64,000 bases of DNA, taken from NCBI RefSeq assembly GCF_009914755.1, contig NC_060948.1; one strand, 5' to 3'. Position 1 is the stretch's first letter; each line of letters starts with the position of its first letter. Under the pieces are notes generated by a model that saw only the letters and a program-made list of their open reading frames with translations, ran no database searches and was not told where the DNA came from. Below, in pieces: positions 40,501-53,190 of this stretch. The position numbers were made by a program, and so were the translations under genes. Source of the DNA: the human T2T-CHM13v2.0 reference genome, Homo sapiens.

Positions 40501-41754
40501 GAGGGAAACATCCTTTATGTAATCAGGCAGATAGGAAAACTTACAAAGAACATCGTATTGATGACAGACAGAACAAAATGAATATAGTAGTATTGCATTA
40601 TAGCTAAAATTATAAAATAAATACTTACAAGTCCATACAGATATTAAAAATGAATTAATAAATAGACAAGGGAGAATAGAAAAATCTCCTCTGCAGAAGA
40701 ATTACAAATAATTTGTTAAGATACATTCACCTTAAGGAAGCAGAGCTCATCTCCCAGTTTCTTAGATGTGGTCTTTATATTGTGACTTTCTTCCAAAAAA
40801 TACACATTACAAAGGAATAAAAAAAGGAACTACAGTGTAGCAACTTGACAAACTACCATAGCCAAGTGATTAATATCAACATTAAAAAGTCATATTGATA
40901 GCATATATTCTTGATATACTATGACAAGAAAGGCATTTAATCTCTGTGATCTTGCAACCAGATACCAATTATCCCAGCCTAATGAGAAAAACATCAAAGA
41001 AATTGCAATGTAGGAACATTCTACAAAATAACCTGAACTCCTCAAAACTGTCAAAGTCATCAGAACAGAAATGGAAAATCTGAGAAACCATCATAGCTAC
41101 ATGGAGCCAAAGGAGACATGACTACTAAATATAGTGTGGTATTATGTTTGGGAATCTAAGATAGGAAAAGGACATGCAGTAAAAACTATGAAAATGTGCA
41201 TAAATGTGGACTTTAGTTAATAAGATATCAATACTAGTTTGTTAATTATAACAAATCTATTTTTCTAATATAAGATACTAGTTATAGGAGAAACTGGATG
41301 CAGAGTATATGGAAAACATACGATTTTATTTTTATTTAAAACTGCTCTAAATTATCAAGTTTATAAAAATATTTACTCTACTACTTCTTCCTTAAAAATT
41401 CTAATTAAGTATGAGATAGGCTTAAACTCTTCAAATGAAGACACATAGAATATCTGATGATATTAGGAAAACCAAAGTAATGGAGCTTCACAGAAATTTA
41501 ATTTCATCAAAGTTAGCAATGTGAATGATCAGCCACTCCGGACTAAATTCTGATTCTTTTTTGTACCCTTACAATATTTAATTTGCTAGCTTTAAAAGAT
41601 TTTAACTATGATGTTTCAAACAATTGTTTTAGGAGATATCTGAACATTAACTTGAGCATTGGAAGCTTTTATTATGGTAAAGAGAATTGGTGGAAATAAT
41701 GGTTAATGATGTTTAAAATACTTTTGTGTGTTTATAATACTATCTAGAGAGCCA

Positions 41755-42200
41755 CTTTGCAGAAATGTATATTCAGATTATTAACCCATTTTATGATTGG
41801 GTTATTTAATTATTTAATATTGTGCTATTAGTACTTTATAGGCTCTAGATACAAGTTTTGTTGTTGCTGTTGTTGGATATGTGGTTTGCAAATATTTCCT
41901 CCCAGTCTGTTCCTTGTCTTTTCTTCTTCACATGGACCTTCAAAGAGCAAATGTTTTTAGTTTCAATTTTAATTATGTCCAATGTAGCAAAGTTTTATGG
42001 ATTTGGATTTTGTTATAAAATCTAAGAACACTTTCACTAGCCATAGGACCCAAGGATATTCTACCATGATTTTAATAAAAGTTTTCAGGTGTGTGCTTTA
42101 TATTTAGGTCCATGATCTATTTTGAATGGATTTTTACATGAGGGGTAAGGTTTAGGTCAAGGTTTGTATTTTTTCCCCATGGAAGTTTAGCTCCTCTAGT
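41755..42200 (-). mobile_element. Old L1 ORF2 fragment
   Basis: 'ggtttgcaaatatttcctcccagtctgt' and 'tttaggtccatgatctattttgaat'. Confidence 0.7.
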
Positions 42201-42204
42201 GCCA

Positions 42205-43420
42205 ATAAAAATAGAATTAATACAAAATGCATTATATACAAAAACTGGCTCATGATGTTTCATAGACCTAAATATAAAACTGCAAACTAGACAAATTCAA
42301 GGTGAAAATGTAAGAGAAAATGTTTTCCTCTTGGAGTTACAAAAATATATATATTACATATTTTACAAAAAGCATATTCACAGAAGAATAAATCTAGATA
42401 AATTGAACAGTATCCAAACTAAAAACTTCTGCTCTTTCAAATACACTGTTAATAATGGAAAGAAAATTCACACTTTTTCTGGGAGAAAATATTTTCAGAT
42501 CATATATCTGACAAGGGACATATAACCAGAATGTATAAAGGACATTCAAATCTCAACATTGTGTAAACAACAATTTTTCAAAAAAGAACAATACATATCA
42601 ATGGACATTTGAATAAATTAAATATTCATATGGCAAACGAGAATGTGAAAAATTAACCCCATTAGTTATCAGGGAATTGCCAGGGGAAAAACATGAGATT
42701 TCTCCAAACATGCATTAGAATGGCAAAAACATTTTTTTCAATGACATACCAAGCATTGATGAAGATATAGAACAACTGGATCTCTCACATACTGTTGGTC
42801 GGAAAGCAAGATTATATTGCTACTTGAGAAAACTGTTTAGTAGTTACTTAGAACATTAATCATACACTTAACATGTTACCTTGTAATCTTACTGCTAGGT
42901 GATTTCCCAAGTGAAATAAGATTTTAAGTTCACACACGAAAAACAAACTGTACAATAATTTTTACAACTGCTATATTCATAATTGCCAGAAAACAGAAAC
43001 AACATAATTCCCCTTAATGGGTTAATGAATAAGCAGACAACAGTACATCTATCTATACAACAGAATACTACTCGGCAATTAAGGAATCAACTATGAATAC
43101 ACTCAACAACCAACAACATGGATGAATCTCGAATGTATTCTGTAAAGCAAAAACATACATTAAAAGTGTGTATTATACGTAATTTCATTAATATGACATT
43201 CTTAAATAGATGAAACAATAGGAAGAGAAAACTGATGGGTGGTTGTCAGGTACTGGGGGTAAGAATTGATTACAAAGAGCATAATAAAATGTTTTAGGGT
43301 AATGGAACAAATCTATATCTTGCCTTTTCTGATAGTTATATGGTTGGATATATTTGTCAGCAATCATAGAACTCTATAGGGAAGAGGGTACATTTTACTG
43401 TTTGTAAATTATAATGCCTC
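42205..43420 (+). mobile_element. Old L1M (L1MD/L1ME-like) ORF2 end and 3'UTR
   Basis: 'aaaaacttctgctctttcaaa', 'gaacaactggatctctcacatactgttggt' and 'ttttactgtttgtaaattata'. Confidence 0.7.
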
Positions 43421-43554
43421 TCCAACCCACACACACCCTAAAAATACAACATGAAAGAAAACTCAAAACTTTACCTAATAATCAGGCCAAGCTAGAGAAG
43501 AAACAGATCCTTCATATATTATTTTCCAATACCATTAATTAAGTTTTTTTCATT

Positions 43555-44720
43555 ATTATTTTCTAAAATGTTTGTGGATACACAGTACATGTATATATTT
43601 ATAGGGTATGTGATATATTTTGATAAAGACATGCAATGTGAAATAAGTATATCATGAAGTATGGGGTAACTATCCTGTCAAACATTTATGAGTTATAGAC
43701 AATCAAATTACATTCTTTAAGTTATTCTAAAATATACAATTTTTATTGACTGTAGTCATGCTACTGTGCTATCAAATAGTGGGTCTTATTTATTCTATTT
43801 TTTTTTTGTGCTCATTAATCATCCTCATGTTTTCCTCAAACCCCTGCAACTCTTCCCAGTCTCCAGTAACTATCTTCCTGCTTTCTATGACCGTAATCTC
43901 AATGTTATTTATGTTTAGATCCCATAAATAAGTGGGAACATGCAATGTTTGTCTTTCTGTACCTGGCTTATTTCACTTAACATAATGATCTCCAGTTCCA
44001 TTCATGTTGTTGCAAATGACTGAATTTCATTCTTTTTTATGGCTGAATAGTACTCCATTGTGTATATACACCACATATTTTATTCATTAATCTATTGATG
44101 AACACTTAGGTTGCTTCCAAGTCTTAGCTATTGTAGACAGTGCTGCAACAAACATAGGATTGTGGATGTCTCTATTATATATTGATCTCCAGTTTTGGGG
44201 TATATACTAAGCAGCATGATTATTAGATCATAAGATAGCTCAATTTTTAGTTTTCTGAGAAACATAGGAATGCAGATATTTCTTTGATATAATGATTTTC
44301 TTTCTCTTGGCACATACCCAGCAATGAGATTGCTGGATCATATAGTAGCACAGATTGTTCCCAATGTTTTCTTATGATAATTTCACGGTTCAGTCTTAAA
44401 TGTAAGTCTTTAATTCATTGTGATTCAATTTTTGTATATGGTGAGAAATAAGGGTCTAGTATCATTCTTCTGCATATGAATATCCAATTTTTCCAGAACT
44501 ATTTATTGAGGAGAATTCTGTTTCCCCAGTGTATGTTTTTGGCACCTTTATCAAAAATGAGTTTGCTGTAGGTGTGTGGACTTGTTTTGGGGTTCTCTAT
44601 TCTGTTCCATTGTTCTATGTGTTTTTCATGCCAGTACCATGCTGTTTTGGTTAATATAGATCTGTGGTATAATTTGAAGTGAGATAATATGATTCCTCCA
44701 GTTTCGTTCTTTTTACCTAG
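43555..44720 (-). mobile_element. L1MA1/2-like 3' end, internally rearranged
   Basis: Antisense 3'UTR 'catgcaatgtgaaataag...tgtgctatcaaatagtgggtcttattt'. Confidence 0.8.
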
Positions 44721-44822
44721 GTATGGTGTTTGGTGTTGCTGCAATTTGTTATTGTTGCTTTTGTTGCAGCTGCTGCTGTTTATGTCTTTGTGACTTTCCT
44801 AAATTAACTCATTAAGATCTGT

Positions 44823-45170
44823 GTTATGGTTTGAAAGTTTTTGTCCCTCCTACTCCCCACCAAATGCATGTGTTGTAATCTAATCACCAATGCAACAATG
44901 TTAGGAGATGGGATCTTTGAAATATTAGGTCATAATTAGGTCATGAAGGTGGAGTGCTCATGAATAAAATTAGTGATATTATGAAGGAGATCCCAGCAAG
45001 CTTTTTGGCCCTTTCTATCATGAGAGGACACAGAAAGAAGTTGCCATCTATGAAGAAAAATGGTCCCTCGTTAGACAATAAATCTGTTTGTACTGTGATT
45101 TGGACTTCCCAGCCTCCAGAACTGTGAAAAAGACATTTCCGTTTTTTAAAAACCACCCAGACTGAAGTAT
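44823..45170 (+). mobile_element. MLT1A-like LTR (3' tip possibly displaced to ~45995-46015)
   Basis: 'gttatggtttgaa...ttaggtcatgaaggtggagtgctcatgaat...ggacttcccagcctccagaactgtga'. Confidence 0.8.
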
Positions 45171-45994
45171 TTTTTTTAATTATACTTTAAGTTCTGGGGT
45201 ACATGTGCAGAAAGTGCAGTTTTGTTACATAGGTATACATGTGCCATGGTGGTTTGCTGCATCCATCAACCCGACATCTACATTAGGTATTTCACCTAAT
45301 GCTATCCCTCTCCTCGCCCCCCAGCTCCCAACAGGCCCTAGTGTGTGATGTTCTTTTCCCTGTGTCCATGTGTTCTCATTATTCAACTCCCACTTATGAG
45401 TGAGAACATGTGGTGTTTGGTTTTCTGTTCCTGTGCTAGTTGCTGAGAATGATGGTTTCCGGCTTCATCCATGTCCCTGCAAAGGACATGAACTCATCCT
45501 TTTTTTTATTGGCTGCATAGTGTTTCATGGTATATATATGCCATATTTTCTTAATCCAGTCTATCATTGATGGGCATTTGGATTGTTTCCAAGTCTTTGC
45601 TATTGTGAATAGTGCTGCAGTAAACATACGTGTGCATGTGTCTTTATAGTAGAATGATTTATAATCTTTTGGGTATATACCCAGTAATGGGATTGCTGGG
45701 TCAAATGGTATTTCTAGTTCTAGATCCTTGAGGAATCACCACACTGTCTTCCACAATGGTTGAACTAATTTACACTCCCACCAACAGTGTAAAAGCTTTC
45801 CTATTTCTCCACATCCTCTCCAGCATCTGTTGTTTTCTTGACTTTTTAATGATCGCCATTCTAACTGGCATGAGATGGTATCTCATTATGGTTTTGATTT
45901 GCATTTCTCTAATGACCAGTGATGATGAGCTTTTTTCATATGTTTGTTGGCTGCATAAATGTCTTCTTTTGAGAAGTGTCTGTTCATATCCTTC
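45170..45994 (-). mobile_element. 5'-truncated L1PA6/7-like element
   Basis: 'tatactttaagttctggggtacatgtgcag...gccatggtggtttgctgca'. The minus frame gives [27 protein letters not shown]. Confidence 0.9.
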
Positions 45995-46015
45995 TTGTGC
46001 AAATGTTTGAAGACA

Positions 46016-46920
46016 ATCTGCATTCTTTGTTGCATGTGACCACTGAGGTTACTCCACAGAGCCCTGCTAATGATTAAAGAGACATTTCAGTAAAAATTTT
46101 GAATCAATAATCTCCTAACCCAGAGGGCTCAGCATGCATATTTTAGCATAACTTTGACATTCTATCATATAGTTGGGAGCTCTGCCTTTTCCTTCACTTT
46201 CTGCTTACACAGAGTCTCAAGGCAAGATAGAGGTGAAAGTTTAGGGTTTTCTCAGTTTTCTTTTCTGAGTATATACACAACCTTATGTCTGCGTTTCCTC
46301 CTGGATTCCCATGTATATGTCAGAATATTTCAAAGTCCCATATGTAAATCTTGATTTCTCAGCTTTTCTTTTTAAGTTTTTTTATTCCATTCTTTTTGCC
46401 CCAACTGTTATCTGTATTTCAAAAAACTAGGATGCTAAACCATTTTTATTAATTGTTTCTGACAGACTTCCTTGGGAGAAAGACTGTTTCCATGGAATGA
46501 GATCTTAGGCCAAATAAAGACGAGCTCTGCAATTGAGGCATTACATGTACTGCCAAACAGGTCAAATAATGACAATTCTTCAGAAATGATGCTTTTGCAT
46601 GCTTCAAACATTTTCTACTATTTTCAGTTCCTGTTAGGCTGCTAGCTATTTGTGGAACTGTTGGTTTTCAAGGCCACCATGGAACTGGGGAAAGTGGAAT
46701 CAAAATAGGGAGAGTAAAAATGCCACAAAGCTTGCTCTCCTTATTGAGACATAGGTGTTTCTATTGAATAAGTGTCCCTTGGATTGTTGCAAACATTTAG
46801 TTAATTTCCAGAACTCTGAATAGTTCATTTTGACCATTTTTTCCAGTGGTCTTGTTTTAGTTTTTTATGGAGGAACAGATTTTTGAAGGACTTAACTCCA
46901 CAGTTTCTTCTGGAATCACT
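46016..46920 (-). mobile_element. Old L1M 5'-region fragment (L1MDa-like)
   Basis: 'acagagtctcaaggcaagatagaggtgaaagtttagggttttctcag'; continues the 44720-44820 piece. Confidence 0.5.
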
Positions 46921-46929
46921 TTCTCGATA

Positions 46930-48980
46930 TAAATATTAGAGTAAGATTGTTTGTGTGTTTTTTTTTAAAGCACACACACAAAAACAAGCAAAAAAAACTT
47001 GCTGGAATTTTTATTGGAAATTCTTTAAACTTATAAATCATTTAGGATAAAATTGACATCTTTATCATGCTGATCTTCCATTTTATAGACATGGTATGTC
47101 TTGCCATTTATTTAATTCTTTGTTTATGTCATTAGCATTTTGTAATTGTCAGCATGAAAAACCTTTATGTTTTGTTAAGCCTCCACCTAAGTATTTAATA
47201 TTTTTGGATAGATTATAAATGATACTTCAGTTTTAAAGATGATTTTCATGTAGTCACTATTGGTATATAGAAATGCAGTTGATTATTGTGTGGTAATTGT
47301 GTATGCTGCAGTGTTGCTACACTCAATTATTACTTTTAGTAATTTTTAAACTTCTCTTTAGTAGACTTGTTGAATGTTCCTGCATCTACAATCATGCATA
47401 TGCAAATAAAAATTTCTTTTTTTTCCAGTTTGTATATATATTATCGTTATTCATTTTCCTATTACAGTTGCCAAAAGTTCTAATATCATGTTGAAAAAGA
47501 GTTAGGAGAATGGACATCCTTGCCTTGTCCCTGAAAGTATTCAGGCTTTCACAATTAAGTATGATGTTAGCTCTAATAAATATGATGCTTCAGTGATGTT
47601 AGCATTTGTAGATGCTCTATATCAAGATGTGTAAGTTTTTCTCTCTAATCCTAGCTTGCTGAGTGTTTGTTGGTTTGTTTTGTGTTTTGAATTGTGTTGA
47701 GTTATATAAAATACCTTTCTGTATCAATTTATATAATCACATGAGTTTTCTTCTTCCTTAGACTGTTGATATGATTTATTATGTAGATTGATTCTTGATT
47801 ATTTAACCAGCCTTGCCTGACATAAATTTTCCAGTCATTGTAAATAACTCTGTTTGTATATTGTTGTACTTCATTCACTAGTATTTTGTTAAAGGTTTTT
47901 GTGTTTATCTTCATAAGGCATATTAGTCTTCTTTAAGTTTTCATTTTTGTATAGTTTTTGTCTGGCTTTAGTATCAGGATAATACTTATCTCATAAAATG
48001 AGATGTTTCTTTTTATTACTTTCTCTGGAAAAGATTATTTAAAGTTGAAATGAATATTTACTAGAAACATTTGAAAAATTAAAATCACCTGATCCTGAAG
48101 ATGAACTTTTCAGGAACATTCTACTTATTAATTCACTTTCTTTAAAGGCTGTACAATGAATATGGTTATGTATTTGGTCTTGTTTGAGTTTTGTTAGTCA
48201 TGGTCTTGAATTCATGAGTATAAAGTTGGTCTTGAATTCATGAGTATAAAGTTCATTTTAGTGTTTTCTAATTATTATTTTATTTCTTCAGGACCTGTTA
48301 CAATATTCCTCGCTTCTTTCATGATGTTGGTGGTTTGTGACGTCTCTCTTTATTTTCATTTATGGTGTTGGTGGTTTGGATCTTCTCTATTTTTATTAGC
48401 CTTGATGGAAGTTTCTAAATATTATTAATATAAAAATAACTATATTTATTTTCTTCATTATTTTCTGGTTATTTGCCTTGATTTCTGTCCATATTATTAT
48501 TATTTCCTTCTTTTTACTTATACTGTTTACTTTGCTTTCCATTTTCTACTTTCTTGAGGTAGTAACTTAGACTATTGACTTAACTTTCCTATTTTTCTAA
48601 TATAAGCACTCAGTAAGATAAATTTCCCTGTCAACATGGATTTAGCTACATACATCAAGTTTCAGGATGTTGTATTTTCATTTAAATCACACACACAAAC
48701 ACATATATTTTTTTCTTTGTAATTTCCTCTTTGAGAGATGAATTATTTAAAAATGTGTCATTTAGCATCCTCAAGTGTTTAAATATTTTCTTTTGTCTTT
48801 CTGGTATTGATTTCTAGTTTGATACCATTATGATCAGATAAAACAATCTTCATATTTTTTTCTTAAATTTGTTGACTCCAGTTTTATGGCCCAAAATATG
48901 TTCTGTGTTGGTGAATGCTTCATGGTCACTTAAAAATATGTGTATTCTGATGTTAGTAGGTAGAGCATTGTATATATGTC
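46930..48980 (-). mobile_element. Old L1M ORF2 remnant
   Basis: 'gagaatggacatccttgccttgtccctga' and 'gataatacttatctcataaaatgag'. Confidence 0.75.
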
Positions 48981-49089
48981 CCTCTTTCTCTTTAAATTTT
49001 CCATGTTATTAAATTTGAAATAATTTTGTAAAAACCATGTATTTGGTTGTTTTTTAAAAATTACTTTACCAATCTCTGTGTTTGTTCTT

Positions 49090-50840
49090 TTTGATAAATT
49101 TCATTTTTAAAATTGTTTTAGGCTTACAGAAAAATTGAGCAGATAGAACATACAATTCCTATATATCCCACACCCATTTTTTATAATTAATAATTTACAT
49201 TAGTATATTTGTTAAAATAAATGAGCCAATATTGACTTCTTGTTATGAACTAAAGTCTATAGTTTAGATTTCCTTCATTTTTACCTGATGTCTTTTTTTG
49301 TGCTCCAGGATCTCATCCAGGATATAATATCGCTCTATTTGCCATGTCTCTTTAGGTAGCTTTTGGCTGTGGCAGTTTCTTGGACTTTTCTTGGTTTCGA
49401 GGACCTTGGCAATTTTCAGAAGTATTTATCAGGTATTCTGTAGGATGTTCCAATATTGGAATTTGATATTTTTATTATAATAAGACTTGGGATTATGAGT
49501 TCTTGGGAGGAATTCCATGGAGGTGATGTTTCACTTCACCACATCATATCAAAAATACATACTATCAATGAGATTTATGACTGTTAATATTGACTTAATC
49601 ACTTGGCTGAGATAATGTGTGTCAGGTTTCCTGCCTGTAAAATTACTCTTTGATTCTGCAGTTTTCTACTCTTTCATTCTCTTCCATTTTGTAAGACAGT
49701 TACTATGTGGCTTATTGAGTGGGAAGTTATATCTACATAATTTTTTTGGAATTCTGCAATTAAAACTTGTCCTTCATCCACATTTACTAATTTATTCAAT
49801 ACTTTATGTATTTCAGTATGGAAAATTGGCTATTTATTTTATACTTGAGATCTAATCCAATACTACTTTCTCTTGTTGCTCTAATTGTTACTATTTTGGC
49901 AATCAGGAACTTTTCAATTGGTGTTTGTCTGCTTGACATACCTGCATCCATAGACATTTCATAGACTTTTTAAAGCACTTCTTTACTTTTTGGCACTACT
50001 TGATGCTGAAAGCTCATGTTCTATATTTCCTGCCCAAGCCCTAAATTCAGTCATTTCTCCAAGTTTCCCTGTTTTCTTTCTTGAGGAATGTATCAAAAAA
50101 CAAAATTTAAGTGACATGTGTGCTAATTGCTACTGGAATTTTATTGCCTGTAGGCCTTTGTTGTTGGCAGATTGCTAGGGTCTGAATGTTTATGCCCCTG
50201 TGAAATTTCTTTGTTGAAATCTTCACCCCTAAGGTAATGCTATTAGAAGGTGGGAACCTTAGAATAATTAGGTGATGGGGACAGAGCCCTCATGAAGGGG
50301 ATCAGTGCCCTTATAAAAGAAATCTGAGAGAGACCCTTTGCCACTTCTGCCATGTGGGTTAGAGTGAGAAGAAGGTTATTTACGAGAAAGTAGCCCTTAC
50401 TAGACGCTGAATCTTCTGGTGCCTTGATCTTAGACTCACCAGCTTTCAGAACTGTAAGAAATAAATTTCTAGTGTTTACAAGCCACCCAGCCTATGGTAT
50501 TTTGTTATAGCATCTGGAATGGACTAAGACACAGAACAAGATAATGGGTGGATATGCTAAACTTTGTATATACACATGTCCATTTATATTTCCATATGTC
50601 TCCATCTGTTATCTATATCAAGCTAAACATGAGTTCATATTGATGTTTCCAATTCCAATTGTTACAAAATGGATCATCACCTTGTTTTTCTGTAATCCTC
50701 TATTCAGTGAAAAACCTTGCTCCCATACTATGACATCCATTTATTTAATTGTTCAATTTCATTATATATGTACAGCAATATCCAAATTAATAACATGTAC
50801 CCCTGTGGACATGATTATGTGAACTAGAGTATAGGGCTTA
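49090..50840 (-). mobile_element. L1MC3-like 3'UTR, interrupted by MLT1A
   Basis: 'ttttaggcttacagaaaaattgagcagatag' and 'ccaggatctcatccaggata'. Confidence 0.7.
50173..50531 (+). mobile_element. MLT1A solo LTR
   Basis: 'tgctagggtctgaatgtttatg...ggactaagaca', with 5-bp TSD cagat/cagaa. Confidence 0.88.
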
Positions 50841-50849
50841 TAAATTAAA

Positions 50850-53190
50850 AAAATTTATTTTTATTTTGGAAAATGCATATAACAAAATGTGGCATTTTAA
50901 TGATTTTTAAGGGTAAAATTTAGTGACATTAATTATATTACTAACGTTGTACAGCTATCATTACTATCTACTTTGAAAATACTTTTAAGAACCCAAACAG
51001 AAAATCCATACCCACTAAGCAATAACCCTATTGCCCCCTCCTTTCAGCCCTTGGCAATGACCATTGTACTTTTAGTCTGTATGAGTTTGCCTTTTCTGGA
51101 TATTTCATTTTAGTGAAATCATAGAATATTTGCTCTTTTGTGTGTGGATTATTTCACTTATTTTTAAAGTTTATTCATTTGTAACATGTATTAAAACTTT
51201 ATTCCTTTTTTTGGTTGAATAATATTCTATTATGTGTATATAACACATTTTGTTTATTCATTCATTTGTTGGTGAATACTTGGGTTATTTCCACCTTCTA
51301 GAAATTGTGAGTCATGCTGCAGTGGACATAGGCATACAATTATCTGAGTTTCTACTTTCTATTGTTTTGGATATATAATCAGAATTTTAATTGCTGGTGC
51401 ATATGGTAATTTTATGTATACTAATTTGAGGAGAATCCATACTGTTTTTCTCAATGGCTACACCATTTTACATTCCCACCAGCAATGCATTATGGGGCAA
51501 TTTATCCACACCAACAGCAACACTTATTATTTTCTAGGTTTTTTTATCTTTTTATTTTATTAATGTTTATCCTAACAGATATGAAATAATATTTCATTGT
51601 GATTTTGATTTACATGCTAATGATTAGTGATGTTGAACAGTATTTCATGTGCTTATGGGCTATCTTGTATCTTTTTTAGATAAATGTCTATTTAAATCCT
51701 TTGTTTATTTTTGAGCTGAAATGTTTAGTTTTTGTGGAGTTGTGGGAATTCCTTATATATTCTGAATATTAATCTCTTATTTTATATATATATATGATTT
51801 GCAAATATTTTCACCATTTTTCTGGGTTGCCTTTTTACTTAGTTGATAGTTTCCTTTGATGTTCGAAGTTTTAAATATTGATTAAGTCCAATTTATCTTT
51901 TTTTGTTGTTGTTTGTGTTTTTTGTGCCATATCCAATATAATTGTCAGATCCAATACCATGAAGTTCTTTTCCTGTATTTTCTTCAAAGAGTTTCATAGT
52001 TTTAGCTCCTACATTTGGGTCTCTGACCCATTTTTGTTGTTGTTGTGGTTGTTATTGTTGTCTGTTTTGAGACAGGGTCTCACTCTGTTGCCCAGGCTGA
52101 AGTGCACTGGCATCATCTAGGCTCATTGCAACCTCGACTCCTGGGTTCAAGCAATCCTCCCACCTCAGCCTCCCCAGTAGCTGGGACCACAGGGATGTGC
52201 CACTGTGCCTGGCTAACTTTTGTAATTTTGTAAAGGTGGGGTTTAGCCATGTGGCCCAAGCTGGTCTTAAACTCCTGGGCTCAAGTGATCTGCTCGCCAT
52301 GGCCTCCCAAAGTGCTGGGATTACAGGTATGAGCCACCATGTCTGACCTCTTATCCATTTTGAATTAACTTTCATCTATGGCATAGTGTAGGCGTCCAAT
52401 TTCATTCTTTCAAGTGTGGATATTGTTTTCCTAGCACCATTTGTTAAAATGACTATCCTTTTCCTAATTCAATGATCTTGGTAATCTTGTCAAAACTAAT
52501 TTGACTGTAAGCCTAAGATTTGTTTCTGGACTTTTTATGTTCTATTTTGTTGGTCTACATGCCTGTCCTTATGCCAGTATCATGTTGTTTTGATTACAGT
52601 AAATTTGTAGTAAGTCTTAATATTAGGAAACATGACACCTCTAACTTTGTTCTTGTTAAGAATTGTTTTTTCTATTCTGGGTTCGTTGTGGCTACATATG
52701 CATTTTAAGATCAATTTTTTTATTTTGTCAAAAAACATCATTGGCAATTTGATAGGAAGTGGGTAGTATTCACATCTTAGCAACATTAATCCTCCCAATC
52801 CATGTAGATGGAATTTTTCCATTTATTTGTTTTCTTTAATTTCTCTCCACCATGTTTTGCAGTTTTCAGTGGACAAGTCTTTTGCTTTCTTGATTAAGTT
52901 TATTGTTAAGTATTACATTCTTTTTGATGCTATTGTAAAGGGAATTATTTTCTTAATTTCCTTTTTGGCTTGTTGTTAGTGTAGAGAAACAATACTGATT
53001 TTTATATGTTTTGCTCATTTGTAATTAAGTTGTTTAGTTGTATATTATTCAGTTGTAAGTGTTGTATATTTTGAATATAATTTTTTACTTGATATATACT
53101 TTGTAAATATTTTCTTCTAATCTATGTGTTCTCCTTTGATTATATTAACAGAGTCTTTCACAGAGAAGACATTTTTAATTTTAGCAATTT
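50850..53190 (-). mobile_element. L1MB-type 3' end plus ORF2, interrupted by an Alu
   Basis: 'aacccaaacagaaaatccatacccactaagc...cagcccttggcaatgaccattgtacttt'. Confidence 0.78.
52031..52348 (-). mobile_element. AluJ with (TTG)n-degenerated tail
   Basis: AluJ diagnostics 'gagacagggtctcactctgttgccc' and 'actcctgggctcaagtgatc'. Confidence 0.92.
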
